NCBI GenBank assembly: GCA_965223265.1
Contig: OZ244999.1
Coordinates: 8,864,001-8,928,000 of the forward strand
DNA length: 64,000 nt
Source: Planctomycetota bacterium
GTDB taxonomy: Bacteria > Planctomycetota > UBA8108 > SXIK01
Direction: 5' to 3'
In this document: positions 10,061 to 20,988 of the stretch, one piece after another
Position numbering within the stretch: position 1 is the first letter of the stretch
Layout of the letters: every line of letters begins with the position of its first letter
Translations under genes and position numbers: made by a program
Notes under the pieces: model-generated
Database searches by the model: none
What the model was told of the DNA's origin: nothing
The model's input: the letters and a program-made list of their open reading frames with translations, nothing else

Positions 10061-11077
10061 ATGCAGTCGCCAAGTACTGACTCGCGCGGATGGAGATGGC
10101 AACATGAGGCTGAGCCAGCCGAGAGGAGTGTGAACGTGGGAGAGACCCGCGAACGATGCCTTGGGTTAACAACAGGTGCGCTGATCGCCGCGGTAGCTAC
10201 GCTCGGCCTACTCGCCCTTAGCTCTGTGACATTTGCTAAGGCGCCGGACATCGACAGCGTCGCAGCCGATTTGGTCGTGCCGCGAATGACACAGGGCGAA
10301 CCGGCGGCGGGGCGCCGCGTGCAGCAAACCATTCCTTCGTATCGGGGCACCGCCGTCCACCACGCGCTTTACCTGCCGTTCGATTGGCAGCGAGGCCGCC
10401 GCTATCCCGTTCTCGTCGAGTACGCGGGCAACGGTGACTACCGAAATGAATATGGTGACGTCTCGACCGGCCGCGTGGAGGACAGCAAGCTCGGCTTTGG
10501 GATCTCCGCGGGTCGCGGGTGCATTTGGGTCTGCATGCCGTATCTGGATGGCGCCGGCAAGAAGAACGTCACCAAGTGGTGGGGGGATGCTCCGGACTAC
10601 GCCGCGGGGCCGACGCTTGACTACTGCAAACGTGCCGTGCCGTGGATCTGCAGTGAGTATGGCGGCGATCCGAAGGCGGTGTTTTTGATGGGGTTTTCAC
10701 GCGGCGCCATCGCGTGCAACTACCTCGGTCTCTACGACGACGGGATCGCGCGGCTGTGGCGCGGCTTTGTCGCCTACAGCCACTACGACGGCGTGGTGAC
10801 GTCGTGGGGCTACCCCGGCGCCGACCGCGCTGCGGCCGTGAAGCGTCTCCGGCGGCTCGAGGGACGTCCGCAGTTCATCTGCCACGAAGTGACGGCAGAC
10901 GCGCGCGCTTCTCTGTCGGCAACGAAGGCGTACCTGGAAGCCACGAAAACAAAGGCACCGTTCACCTTCATGGAAACGGGCTTCCGAAACCATAGCGACG
11001 CGTGGGCCTTGCGTCCGAGCCCCGCGCGCGCGGCGCTCCGGAAGTGGCTGCGGGAGGTCTTGCGCTCTTCGCGGTAG
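10061..11077 (+). CDS. Exported alpha/beta-hydrolase-fold protein (start probably downstream)
   Basis: YLPxDW...YPVLVEY, GFSRG nucleophile elbow, C-terminal NHSD His; hydrophobic signal segment. Confidence 0.7.
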   Translation: MQSPSTDSRGWRWQHEAEPAERSVNVGETRERCLGLTTGALIAAVATLGLLALSSVTFAKAPDIDSVAADLVVPRMTQGEPAAGRRVQQTIPSYRGTAVHHALYLPFDWQRGRRYPVLVEYAGNGDYRNEYGDVSTGRVEDSKLGFGISAGRGCIWVCMPYLDGAGKKNVTKWWGDAPDYAAGPTLDYCKRAVPWICSEYGGDPKAVFLMGFSRGAIACNYLGLYDDGIARLWRGFVAYSHYDGVVTSWGYPGADRAAAVKRLRRLEGRPQFICHEVTADARASLSATKAYLEATKTKAPFTFMETGFRNHSDAWALRPSPARAALRKWLREVLRSSR

Positions 11078-11502
11078 GCTCGTTTGCGCGGTTGACTTTC
11101 CGTGACGAGGCTGTTGGAGTTGACCCGCGCATGATAGGGGGTTCCAGCATCGCGATGAGAGAGAGAGACAGAGAATCCAAGCAGTCACGCCGCCGACGGC
11201 GCGGTTGATTGGTCTTTCTTTGCGGCGAAACGCTGCGGGTTGTGCTCAAAGAGTTCGCCCGTCCGTGCGCCCTGATTTCAACCCTTTCGCACCTTGAAGT
11301 GCCCGAGGGTCAGGGCGCACGAGACGGGCGAATGCATTGAATGGCAGCAAACACTGGGCCAAAACCTCTGGGTTTCCGCTCGACACGAGAAAAGCGCTTA
11401 CGGGGGCAGCACTTGCAGAAGTTCATGGTTCTGCCGTGCGCCTCGCGACGAACTGGAGCCTGCGGAAAAAGAGGAAGAATCCTTCCGATTTTTCGGCGGT
11501 GT

Positions 11503-13585
11503 TCATTCGATCCCAGGAATTTCGGAGTGCGAGCTTTCAACCGGCTCGCCAGTGAACCGCTCGTCCGACTTGAAGTGCAAATCTCTCTGCGGGAAGGCGA
11601 TGATGACTCCGTGTCGGCGGAACGCGCCGTCGATCGCTAGGTGGAGATCGTGAATCACCTTCGTGCGGCCACGATTCGACACCTCGGAAGCGAAGACCCT
11701 GACTTCGAAGTCGAGCGAGCTTTCCCCAAAGCCGACAAAAAAGACCGCGGCTTCGGGATCGGCTAAGACTTTCGGGTGCTCCTTGGCGGCCGCGAGCATC
11801 AGCCGCAGCGCCAGCTCGGTGTCGGAACCGTAGGCAATGCCGACCTTGATGATCAATCGCGTGATTGGAGTCGACAGCGTCCAGTTTACCAGCTGGCCAG
11901 TGATAAAGGTCTTGTTCGGCACGATCAGCTCTTTCTGATCCCAGTCGACGATCGTCGTCGCACGGATTCTGATGCGACTGACAATGCCACTGATATCGCC
12001 CACGGTCACCGTATCACCGACTCGCATGGGTCGCTCGAGAAGGATGACGAGGCCGGATACGAAGTTGGCGAAGATCTCTTGAAGTCCAAACCCGAGCCCG
12101 ACGCCAAGAGCAGCCACCAGCCACTGCACCTTCGCCCACCCGATCCCGATGAGGTTGAAAGCGAGCATCAGGCCCAGTGCCGCGATGACGTACCGACCGA
12201 TGGTCGAGACTGCGTAACGACTTCCGGCGTCGAGCGGCAGGTGCCGAAGTACCAGCAACTCCAGAAGGCCGGGCAGATTCCGAGCGGCGAAGAACGTCAA
12301 CACGCCCGTAAGCAGTGATAGGAGTAAATCGGCCAACGTGACCCACTCCCCGAGGCCGAGCTGGACCTCCCAAAGTTGGAACCGCTGCAGGACGTTCAGG
12401 ACTGGAACGTCCTCGACCCAAACGAGGGAGAGGACCACCGCGACGCCGAGCACGGTGGCGCTGCGCAGGAGATCCTGCGTCAGTTGGTTGACGGTGGCAA
12501 CGTCGATTTCCGGGCTGGTAAGCTCGACTGGAATCTCGTCGTCGGGGCTACTCGATTCGTTGGCTTCCGTTTGCGCACGGCGCTTCTCACGGGCACGGGC
12601 GATCGTCAGCCGAATCCTCGCCAGGAGCAACCAGCGAAGCACAAGGTGATGCACCACCACCGCGGCGATGATGATCGCGGCGGTCGCAACGACTTGCCGG
12701 GTCAGCTCGAGCGCTGTGTAGAAAAACCCAGCCGCCGCGAGGGCCACAAGGATGATGGGCGCCGAGACTGCAAGTGCGTACCAACCGTAACGTAGCCTGG
12801 AGAGCCAGCCGTTCGGTTTACGGGCCATAGAGTCCGTCAAGACACCGTTTTTCGGTCTTAGCAAGCAGGCGAGAAAGAACGACGAAGCTACCATCGCAAT
12901 CGAGAACCCAGTGCGCCCGATGCTGTCGCGCAGACCGTCGAGCGTTGTTTGCCCTTCGGCGAGTGAGGTCAGAAACGACGCCGGCACGAGGATGAGCGTC
13001 AACCACCGTAGATTCCGCCGCCACAGACTGAGGACGCGTTCTTTCAGCGGAAATGGACTTCGGCGACACCGTGCGTCGTGACCAGGGCGCGAAGCCCGCA
13101 TAGGAGCATCAGAATCACACTGGCGTTCGCCAGGCCTGCACTCACCGCGCCGACGAAGGGCGGGGAGGACATCGCCCCGGCCAATACGCGCGATGCCCAG
13201 CCGAGGAAAAACGGAATCGGTGCGGCTATCACCAGAGTGATCAACAGTGCGGCGATCGTCAGAAGGAACGAGTCGGAGTGAATCTTATGCACTCGATCAG
13301 CGATCTGCCCCAGACGCGAGCGGAGCCACGGACGAAATGCCAGGAGAAAGATGAACAGCGTTAGCGCCAGTACAGTGGCGGCCACGGCGCGACGGGCTTC
13401 CTCGACGAATGCGTTGCTGCGGCGGCCCAGTTCGCTGGGGCTATCAACCATTTGCAGGCAGGTGGGAGCTGTTTGATCGTTGCTGCGCCCACAGCGGGAA
13501 CGTTTGGCGTCCACAGCAGGCGTTCGTCGAGAAAGGAGGCGTACTCGCGCGACTTACCAATGAGCTCCTGGTGTTTGTACTCCAG
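11503..13585 (-). pseudogene. mscK: MscK/KefA-like mechanosensitive channel, 5'-truncated with two -1 frameshifts (~13413 and ~13045)
   Basis: C-terminal MscS core ALGVGLGFGLQEIFANFVSGLVILLERP...IVPNK. Upstream frames read LEYKHQELIGKSREYASFLDERLLWTPN, then AFVEEARRAVAATVL, then HFR[W]KERVL. Confidence 0.8.
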
Positions 13586-13764
13586 GTGACCGTAGGTCGA
13601 TTCACAAGGCTCTCGAGGGTCTCAAGATCGTTGACGTCGAGCATTTGGAGTTCGACAGCCGAGTAGTCGATCAATCGGATCTTCGGGGCAAGTGCATCGG
13701 TCGGAACGAACAGCGTTCCTGGCCTCGATCCAGCCACATCCCTGCGCCGTCTAATCAATCTCAT
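13582..13764 (-). pseudogene. corA: CorA Mg/Co transporter N-terminal remnant
   Basis: MRLIRRRRDVAGSRPGTLFVP...PKIRLIDYS...PTVTW is the typical CorA N-terminus. GAGG SD upstream. Similarity ends at VTW. Confidence 0.7.
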
Positions 13765-14047
13765 TGGTTGACCTCATGGAGAACTGCCGCTCGCCGAATC
13801 GAGTCAGCGGATAACATGGTGGAGCTCGGCCGGATGCGCGAGTTGCGATTCCGGGAGGCGCCGCCGACTTGGGACGCTCTACCGGCACCCAGGGCGCGCG
13901 CATTGCGCCTTTTTACCTCGTGGCGTCGCAGTGCGGTTGACGACAACTTTTGGTGTTCGATTAGAGTGGTTACGTTGACGACAGGCACTACAATCACGCG
14001 CAACGCTATCGTGATTTCTTCCATGCTGCGCGTAGAGTAGAAACCCT

Positions 14048-15073
14048 ATGGACTATTTGACTCCGCTTACCTGGGCCGCCATCGCGCTCTGTCTGACGCA
14101 GTCGGCTATGTTTTCCGGCCTCAACCTCGCGGTCTTCGGGATCAGCCGACTCCGACTCGAAGTTGCCGCGTCTGGTAACGATCGTGCCGCCGGTTTGTTA
14201 CTTGAGCTAAGAAGAGACGCCAACTTCCTCCTCAGCACCATTCTGTGGGGTAATGTGGGCGTCAATTGCCTCCTCACTTTACTCTCTGACTCGGTTCTGG
14301 CTGGAGTGACTGCCTTCTTTTTCTCTACGGTCATTATTACGTTCGGCGGAGAGATCCTGCCACAAGCCTATTTTTCGCGCCATGCACTCCGGATGGTGTC
14401 ACTCTTCTCTCCACTCCTGCGATTTTATCAGCGGCTGCTGTATCCCCTCGCCAAGCCGACCGCAAAGCTGCTCGATTGGTGGGTCGGGGAGGAAGGGATT
14501 GAGTACTTTCGAGAACAGGATCTCAGGAAGGTCATCCGCAAGCATGTCGACGCTGACGAGACCGACCTCGATCATGTCGAAGGCATCGGGGCACTCAATT
14601 TTTTTGCGCTCGACGATCTCCCCGTCGGACAGGAAGGGGAGTCCGTGCATCCCAGCAGCATCGTTCCCTTACCTGTCAACGTCGACCTGCCGGCAATACC
14701 TGCCTTCGAAGCTTCACATGACGATCCATTCCTCGTCCAGGTACAAGCGTCGGGAAAGAAGTGGGTGATCCTGACGAGTCACCAGGGCGAGCCCCTTCTC
14801 GTCCTCGATGCCGACGGCTTTTTGCGCGCGGTTTTCTCCGAACAGTCGTGTGATCCTTACTCGTATTGCCACCGCCCGATCGTCATTGAAGATGCCGAGG
14901 TACCTTTGGGTCAGGTTCTTCGAAAGCTGAAGGTTGACGCTGAGACTGCTGACGACGATGTCATCGATCAGGATATCATCCTCGTGTGGGGAAAGATGCG
15001 GCGCGTGATCACCGGAGCGGATCTCTTGGGGCGACTCCTGCGAGGGATCGTTCCGCGGCAGCGGCAGTCGTAA
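14048..15073 (+). CDS. DUF21/CNNM-domain membrane protein (CorB/CorC-like)
   Basis: SAMFSGLNLAVFG, LSTILWGNVGVN and FGGEILPQA motifs. Confidence 0.88.
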   Translation: MDYLTPLTWAAIALCLTQSAMFSGLNLAVFGISRLRLEVAASGNDRAAGLLLELRRDANFLLSTILWGNVGVNCLLTLLSDSVLAGVTAFFFSTVIITFGGEILPQAYFSRHALRMVSLFSPLLRFYQRLLYPLAKPTAKLLDWWVGEEGIEYFREQDLRKVIRKHVDADETDLDHVEGIGALNFFALDDLPVGQEGESVHPSSIVPLPVNVDLPAIPAFEASHDDPFLVQVQASGKKWVILTSHQGEPLLVLDADGFLRAVFSEQSCDPYSYCHRPIVIEDAEVPLGQVLRKLKVDAETADDDVIDQDIILVWGKMRRVITGADLLGRLLRGIVPRQRQS

Positions 15074-15118
15074 GATCTGTGCTTATTCGACAACGATCGA
15101 TCCACACCAGACACAACA

Positions 15119-18100
15119 ATGACCATCCGCGTTGCACTCCACCATCGGACAACTTACCAATACGACCGCCTCACCTCGCTATCGCCGCAGCTCATTCGCC
15201 TGCGTCCCGCGCCGCATGCGAGAACCCCTATCCTAAGCTACTCGCTGAAGGTTACGCCCGACGATCATTTCGAGAACTGGCAACAAGACCCACACGGCAA
15301 TTTTCTCGCGCGCTGCGTGTTTCCGAACAAAACTCGTCGATTCGACGTCGAGGTGGACCTCGTCGCCGAGATGACGGTGATCAACCCGTTCGATTTCTTT
15401 GTCGAACCGCACGCGGAGGAGTGGCCGTTTGACTACGAGCCGTGGCTGGCCAGAGATTTGCGGCCTTTCTTGGAGTGTGAGGCCAAAGGTCCTCTGCTCA
15501 GTGCTTGGTCTGAGAGCGTCGATCGGACGGCGCCAAACACTGTTGAGTTTCTTGTCGGTCTGAATCGCCGGTTAGAGAGCGAGATTCGCTATCTCGTTCG
15601 CATGGAGCCCGGAGTGCAGACACCTGAGGAAACACTCACTCTGCGCGCTGGATCCTGTCGTGACACTGCGTGGCTATTCGTTCAGATTCTACGTGACCTT
15701 GGCATCGCCGCCAGATTCGCCTCTGGCTACTTGATTCAGCTTGCCCCCGACGTCAAGGCGCTCGAAGGTCCCTCAGGCCCGGAGGAGGACTTCACCGACC
15801 TGCACGCGTGGGCAGAGGCGTACATACCCGGTGCGGGTTGGATTGGCTTCGACCCGACGTCTGGCCTCCTGGCCGGTGAAGGACACATCCCGCTAGCCTG
15901 CACGCCGGATCCGAGCAGCGCTGCTCCGATTACGGGCCACGTGGACGAGTGCGAGTCAACGTTCGCCTTCGACATGTCCGTCACCCGCATTCACGAAGAT
16001 CCGCGTGTGACCAAGCCCTACTCGGATTCTGAGTGGCAACGGATCCAAGCTGTCGGGAACGAGCTCGATGAACGCCTGCAGGCCGCGGATGTACGTTTGA
16101 CGATGGGCGGAGAGCCGACGTTCGTCGCGATCGACGACATGGACGGCGCGGAGTGGACGGTGGACGCTGTCGGCCCAACCAAGCGGCATCGGGCCGAGGT
16201 CCTGTTGAGACGTCTCCAACGCCGGTTCGCGCCGGACGGATTGCTTCATTTCGGCCAAGGCAAGTGGTACCCGGGCGAGTCACTGCCGCGGTGGGCGCTG
16301 AGCTGCCTTTGGCGCCGTGACGGTGAGGCGCTGTGGACGGATGACGCTCTGGTAGCAGATGAAAATCGGGACTACGGATACGGCGGGGCAGACGCCCAGG
16401 AACTCGTCGCGACCGTTGCGGCGCGATTGGAAGTCGAGCCTCGATTCGCGATCGCAGCGTACGAGGATGTGTGGCACCAGCTCGCTGTGGAGCGCAAATT
16501 GCCGGTGAACGTTGACCCACTCGACAGCAAGTTGGAAGACCCCGAAGAGCGAGCGCGCCTCGCGCGCGTCTTCGAGCGCGGCCTCGGCGAGGTGGTCGGC
16601 TACGTGCTTCCCCTGCGCCGCCAGTGGTGGCAAGCGCAGCCTCGGTGGCGCAGCGGTCCCTGGCCGACGCGGTCGGGCAAGGTGTTCCTACTTCCTGGAG
16701 ACTCTCCCGTCGGTCTGCGGTTGCCTATCGACTCCCTTCCATGGAGTCCCGGTCACGACTTTTATCCTATCGATCCGACGACGCCGAAGCCGTCGCTGCA
16801 GCCCCATCCCGGGCGGCGGGCGCAGCCTGAAGTTCGTGCCGCGGCTTTTGACCCGCGGGCGTCGACATCGCCGCAGAACGACAGTGTCGCAGGGAACGCA
16901 GACGTCGTCCACACCGCCCTCTGCGTCGAACCCCGCGGCGGCCGTCTATACGTCTTTATGCCGCCGACGGAACGCCTGGAAGACTATCTTGATCTTGTCG
17001 CTGCCGTCGAAGAGTCGGCGAAACAGATCGGCACGCCGATCGTCCTTGAAGGGTATCTCCCGCCGGGCGACCACCGCGTACAGCACTTCAAAGTCACGCC
17101 CGATCCCGGCGTCATAGAGGTGAATACACAGCCGGTGGGCACCTGGAAGGAGTTGGTACACTTGACGACGACCCTTTATTTAGAAGCTTTCTATGCGCGT
17201 TTGGGAACCGAGAAGTTCGATCTTGACGGACGACACACCGGCACCGGCGGTGGCAACCACGTGGTGCTCGGCGGGCCGACCCCGCTCGACAGCCCGTTCC
17301 TGCGTCGGCCCGATCTTCTCAGGAGCCTTCTCGGATACTGGAACAACCATCCGTCGTTGTCGTATCTTTTTTCGAGTACGTTCGTCGGACCAACGAGCCA
17401 GGCTCCCCGCGTCGATGAGGGCCGAAAGGACGCACTCTACGAGCTGGAAATCGCGTTCCAGCAGGTGGCCGATCCGGACGAGCAGACACCGCCTTGGCTG
17501 GTGGATCGACTCTTTCGGCACCTGCTCGTCGACGTCACCGGCAACACCCATCGTGCAGAGTTCTGCATTGACAAGCTTTATTCTCCGGACAGTAGCACGG
17601 GGCGGTTGGGTCTGGTCGAGTTTCGAGGCTTTGAGATGCCCCCGCACGCGCGAATGAGCTTGACCCAGCAGTTGCTGCTCCGGGCGTTGATCAGCCGATT
17701 CTGGGAGCGACCCTACAAGGAACGTCTGATTCACTGGGGTACGATGCTTCACGACCGATTCTTGCTTCCACACTTCGTCTGGAGTGACTTCGCGGACGTC
17801 ATAGGCGAGACACGCGAAGCCGGTCTTCAGCTGGAGCTCGAATGGTTTAGACCTCACTTCGAGTTTCGTTTCCCACGCCTTGGAACGATCGAGCAGAAAG
17901 GGATTGAGATCGAGCTGCGGCAAGCGATTGAGCCGTGGTACGTCCTGGGGGAGGAACCGGGCGGCGGGGGAACGACACGATACGTCGATTCCTCGGTCGA
18001 GCGCCTCCAGGTGAGCGTGCGAGGCATGACCGACCAGCGTCACGTCATTGCCTGTAACGGTCGCCGCTTGCCTCTTCACCCGACGGGAGTCGTGGGCGAG

Positions 18101-18421
18101 TTCGTCGCCGCGGTCCGCTACCGTGCGTGGCAGCCGCCGAGTTGTCTCCATCCGACGATACCGATCCATACACCTCTGACCTTCGACGTGCTCGACTCTT
18201 GGCACGGACGGAGTGTTGGTGGGTGTGCGTATCACACGACCCACCCGGCTGGTCGAAACTATGAGACGTTTCCTGTCAATGCCAATGAAGCCGAGGCGCG
18301 CCGCGCAGCTCGATTCTTCGCCTCTGGTCACACCGGTGGCGCGTTGTCGACGCCAACGCCTGAATCGAACCCGCTCTACCCGTTGACTCTCGATTTGCGA
18401 CGAGATAGACCGAACTCATGA
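15119..18421 (+). CDS. Transglutaminase-like protein fused to DUF2126 (putative COOH-NH2 ligase)
   Basis: HRTTYQYDR N-terminus, GSCRD, DLHAWAEAYIPGAGWIGFDPT, LTMGGEPTF, TPDPGVIEVN, TGGGNH and GNTHRAEFCIDKLY motifs. Confidence 0.92.
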   Translation: MTIRVALHHRTTYQYDRLTSLSPQLIRLRPAPHARTPILSYSLKVTPDDHFENWQQDPHGNFLARCVFPNKTRRFDVEVDLVAEMTVINPFDFFVEPHAEEWPFDYEPWLARDLRPFLECEAKGPLLSAWSESVDRTAPNTVEFLVGLNRRLESEIRYLVRMEPGVQTPEETLTLRAGSCRDTAWLFVQILRDLGIAARFASGYLIQLAPDVKALEGPSGPEEDFTDLHAWAEAYIPGAGWIGFDPTSGLLAGEGHIPLACTPDPSSAAPITGHVDECESTFAFDMSVTRIHEDPRVTKPYSDSEWQRIQAVGNELDERLQAADVRLTMGGEPTFVAIDDMDGAEWTVDAVGPTKRHRAEVLLRRLQRRFAPDGLLHFGQGKWYPGESLPRWALSCLWRRDGEALWTDDALVADENRDYGYGGADAQELVATVAARLEVEPRFAIAAYEDVWHQLAVERKLPVNVDPLDSKLEDPEERARLARVFERGLGEVVGYVLPLRRQWWQAQPRWRSGPWPTRSGKVFLLPGDSPVGLRLPIDSLPWSPGHDFYPIDPTTPKPSLQPHPGRRAQPEVRAAAFDPRASTSPQNDSVAGNADVVHTALCVEPRGGRLYVFMPPTERLEDYLDLVAAVEESAKQIGTPIVLEGYLPPGDHRVQHFKVTPDPGVIEVNTQPVGTWKELVHLTTTLYLEAFYARLGTEKFDLDGRHTGTGGGNHVVLGGPTPLDSPFLRRPDLLRSLLGYWNNHPSLSYLFSSTFVGPTSQAPRVDEGRKDALYELEIAFQQVADPDEQTPPWLVDRLFRHLLVDVTGNTHRAEFCIDKLYSPDSSTGRLGLVEFRGFEMPPHARMSLTQQLLLRALISRFWERPYKERLIHWGTMLHDRFLLPHFVWSDFADVIGETREAGLQLELEWFRPHFEFRFPRLGTIEQKGIEIELRQAIEPWYVLGEEPGGGGTTRYVDSSVERLQVSVRGMTDQRHVIACNGRRLPLHPTGVVGEFVAAVRYRAWQPPSCLHPTIPIHTPLTFDVLDSWHGRSVGGCAYHTTHPAGRNYETFPVNANEAEARRAARFFASGHTGGALSTPTPESNPLYPLTLDLRRDRPNS

Positions 18422-20988
18422 GTGACATTCGGGAAGCTTCTGTGGCCAGCAGCTGTGACGGAATCTTCGGTGCATACGCGCCCGCCGATTCGTTTTACGA
18501 CGAAGTCTTCGAGCGCCCAGGGGTTGTCCGGCCTGCGTGGAAGACTCTCGTTTCAACTCTCAATGCGATCGGGCGTTCCGAGTTGAAGCGCCGTTGGTCC
18601 CAAGCTCAAGAGGAGCTCGGTTCGAGCGGCATCGCGTACGATCTCTACGACGACACCGTCGGCCTTGAGCGACCCTGGCGGCTCGACCTCTTGCCGCAGC
18701 TCATTGGCGCGGACGAATGGAATCGTATTGCCTCCGGGTTGAGGCAGCGCGCCCGGCTCCTCAACCGCGTTCTCGAGGATGTCTATGGACCGCAACATCT
18801 GCTGTCGAGCGGCTTGCTGCCACCGGACTATCTCTTTTCGCACCCTGGGTTCCGCCGTGCCTTTCATGGCCAACAACCTCGCAGCGGTACGTTTTTGCAC
18901 TTCTACGCCGCCGACTTGGCTCGAGCCCCAGACGGCGGCTGGTGGATCGTCGGCGACCGAGCCGACGCACCGCTGGGCATCGGGTACGCCCTCGAAAATC
19001 GTATCGTCGCGGCGCGGTCGCTGCCTCACGCCATTCGCGACTTGAGCGTTGAACGACTCGCTCCCTTCTTCATGACGGTGCAGGAAACTCTTCGTGGGTT
19101 GGCGCCCACACACCGCGAAAACCCACGTATCGTTCTCCTCAGCCATGGTCCTCGTGGACCGAACTACTTCGAGGACGCGTATCTGGCGCGGTACCTGGGA
19201 TACACGCTCGTGGAGGGCGGCGACCTCGCCGTGCGCGACGACCGCGTCTTCCTGAAGACTCTCGCCGGACTACTGCCGGTGGATGTTATTCTGCGTCGGC
19301 TGAGTGACGAGTACTGCGACCCTCTGGAGTTGCGGGCTGATCCCACACTCGGGGTTCCCGGCCTGCTGCAGGTGGCGCGGCTCGGACACGTCGCGGTCGT
19401 CAACGCGTTCGGCAGCGCGTTCGTCGAATCGCCCTCGTTGATGCCCTTCTTGCCGGCGATCGCCCGCGAGTGGCTCGGAGAGGAGCTGGAGCTCCCGTCG
19501 GTCGCGACCTGGTGGTGTGGGCAGGAGCAGGCCCGATCTCGAGTCGAGAGCCAGATCCAGGAGGATGGTCTCAGAAGCCTCGCCTTGCGGTCTGCGTTTC
19601 GGGTTGGACGCATGGAAGCTACCCAACTGGAGTATCAGAGCGTCGCTGACGCGCTCAAGCTTCTCGCGACGCGTCCTCGTGATTTGATCGCTCAGGAATC
19701 CGTGCAGCGATCGACCTCGCCGGTTCTTTGGGAGAGTACCCCGACTCGTTGGCATGTCGCGATCCGAGTCTATCTCGTCGCTAGCCCAGGAGGGTACGAG
19801 GCGATGCCGGGCGCCTTGGTCCGGTTGGCGCAGGAGCCAGCGCGATTGGATCGCTCCATTCTCGGTGGTGAGTTGACTCAGGACGCTTGGGTTTGTTCGT
19901 CCGGCCCGATTGAGCATGTCAGCTTATTGGCGACCTCGAAGCAGCCTGTTGTTCTGCGGCGCAGTGGTGCAGAACTCCCCAGCCGAGTCGCGGACAACCT
20001 GTTCTGGTTCGGCCGGCAGATCGAGCGTGGACAAGGTGTGTGTCGGTTGCTTCGGCAAACGGCCGCATGGATGACGAGCGAAGATGAAGTGCAGAGCGGG
20101 CCGGAGCTTCAGTTTCTCATCCGCGCTCTTGTAGTTCAGGGGCAGCTCGAACAAGACTTCGCCGTAAGGGACGAGAATGACCTGCGCCAGCTCGCGAGCA
20201 TGCTTCCTTCCCGGGTTCTGGACGAAGCACAGCCGGGGAGCTTGCGGTCGCTTGTGGCTGGAGCTCATCGCAACGCCTCGCTGGTTCGCGACCGCCTTTC
20301 GCTGGATAGCTGGCGCATTGTTCACGAACTCGAGCGAAAGTCGTCGAGCGCCGTGGCCGGTGGCGTCGAAGTTTCGCTCGGCCTGGTCGAGTTGGATCTT
20401 CTGCTCGACGATCTCATCGTGCTCATGGCAGCATTCGATGGCTTGATCGGCGAGAGCATGACACGTAGCCCAGCCTGGCGGTTTCTAGACTTGGGACGGC
20501 GGCTCGAGCGATCCTTACACGTCGTTTCCCTGGTGCAGTCACTCTCCGCTGAAGGCTCGACAGATAGAGGCCGCGTTCTAGAAGCCTTGCTGGAAGTCGC
20601 TGACAGCATCATGACGTACCGCAGCCGGTATCTCTCTGGGTTCGCTCTGGCTGCGGCACTGGACTTGCTGCTCACCGATGAAACGAATCCTCGCGCGCTG
20701 ATTTACCAGCTGACAGCGATTGTGGATCATATCGCGAACCTGCCTCGCACCGAGTCGGAGCCGTTGGGGACAGCAGACGAGCGAATTGCCGGTTCTCTTC
20801 TTCACAATGTGAAAATGCTCAACGTCGAAGATTTGACCGTGGCGGACGGCGATCGGACCAAGCTCGAGCGTTTGCTACACCAGGTCGCCGGCTCGCTTCC
20901 GAAGCTCTCCGATCTTGTCAGTCATCGATATCTGGTCCACGCTGGCCGCCCCCAGCAAATGTCCGAGGCGGAGCGAACCCTTCAATGA
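18418..20988 (+). CDS. Circularly permuted ATP-grasp (type 2) fused to alpha-E (DUF403)
   Basis: RPWRLDLLP, QRARLLN, GYALENR, LGYTLVEGGDL, DPLEL; LPSRVADNLFWFGRQIER and FLDLGRRLER in the alpha-E part. ATGA overlap with the upstream gene. Confidence 0.92.
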   Translation: MSDIREASVASSCDGIFGAYAPADSFYDEVFERPGVVRPAWKTLVSTLNAIGRSELKRRWSQAQEELGSSGIAYDLYDDTVGLERPWRLDLLPQLIGADEWNRIASGLRQRARLLNRVLEDVYGPQHLLSSGLLPPDYLFSHPGFRRAFHGQQPRSGTFLHFYAADLARAPDGGWWIVGDRADAPLGIGYALENRIVAARSLPHAIRDLSVERLAPFFMTVQETLRGLAPTHRENPRIVLLSHGPRGPNYFEDAYLARYLGYTLVEGGDLAVRDDRVFLKTLAGLLPVDVILRRLSDEYCDPLELRADPTLGVPGLLQVARLGHVAVVNAFGSAFVESPSLMPFLPAIAREWLGEELELPSVATWWCGQEQARSRVESQIQEDGLRSLALRSAFRVGRMEATQLEYQSVADALKLLATRPRDLIAQESVQRSTSPVLWESTPTRWHVAIRVYLVASPGGYEAMPGALVRLAQEPARLDRSILGGELTQDAWVCSSGPIEHVSLLATSKQPVVLRRSGAELPSRVADNLFWFGRQIERGQGVCRLLRQTAAWMTSEDEVQSGPELQFLIRALVVQGQLEQDFAVRDENDLRQLASMLPSRVLDEAQPGSLRSLVAGAHRNASLVRDRLSLDSWRIVHELERKSSSAVAGGVEVSLGLVELDLLLDDLIVLMAAFDGLIGESMTRSPAWRFLDLGRRLERSLHVVSLVQSLSAEGSTDRGRVLEALLEVADSIMTYRSRYLSGFALAAALDLLLTDETNPRALIYQLTAIVDHIANLPRTESEPLGTADERIAGSLLHNVKMLNVEDLTVADGDRTKLERLLHQVAGSLPKLSDLVSHRYLVHAGRPQQMSEAERTLQ

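Noticed and set aside
13765-14047. Mg2+ riboswitch between corA and DUF21
   Set aside because: No M-box or other riboswitch consensus recognisable by eye; an Rfam scan would be needed.
17180-18331. Long antisense ORFs (also 55300-56655 and 27448-28344)
   Set aside because: Typical high-GC shadow frames opposite well-supported genes.
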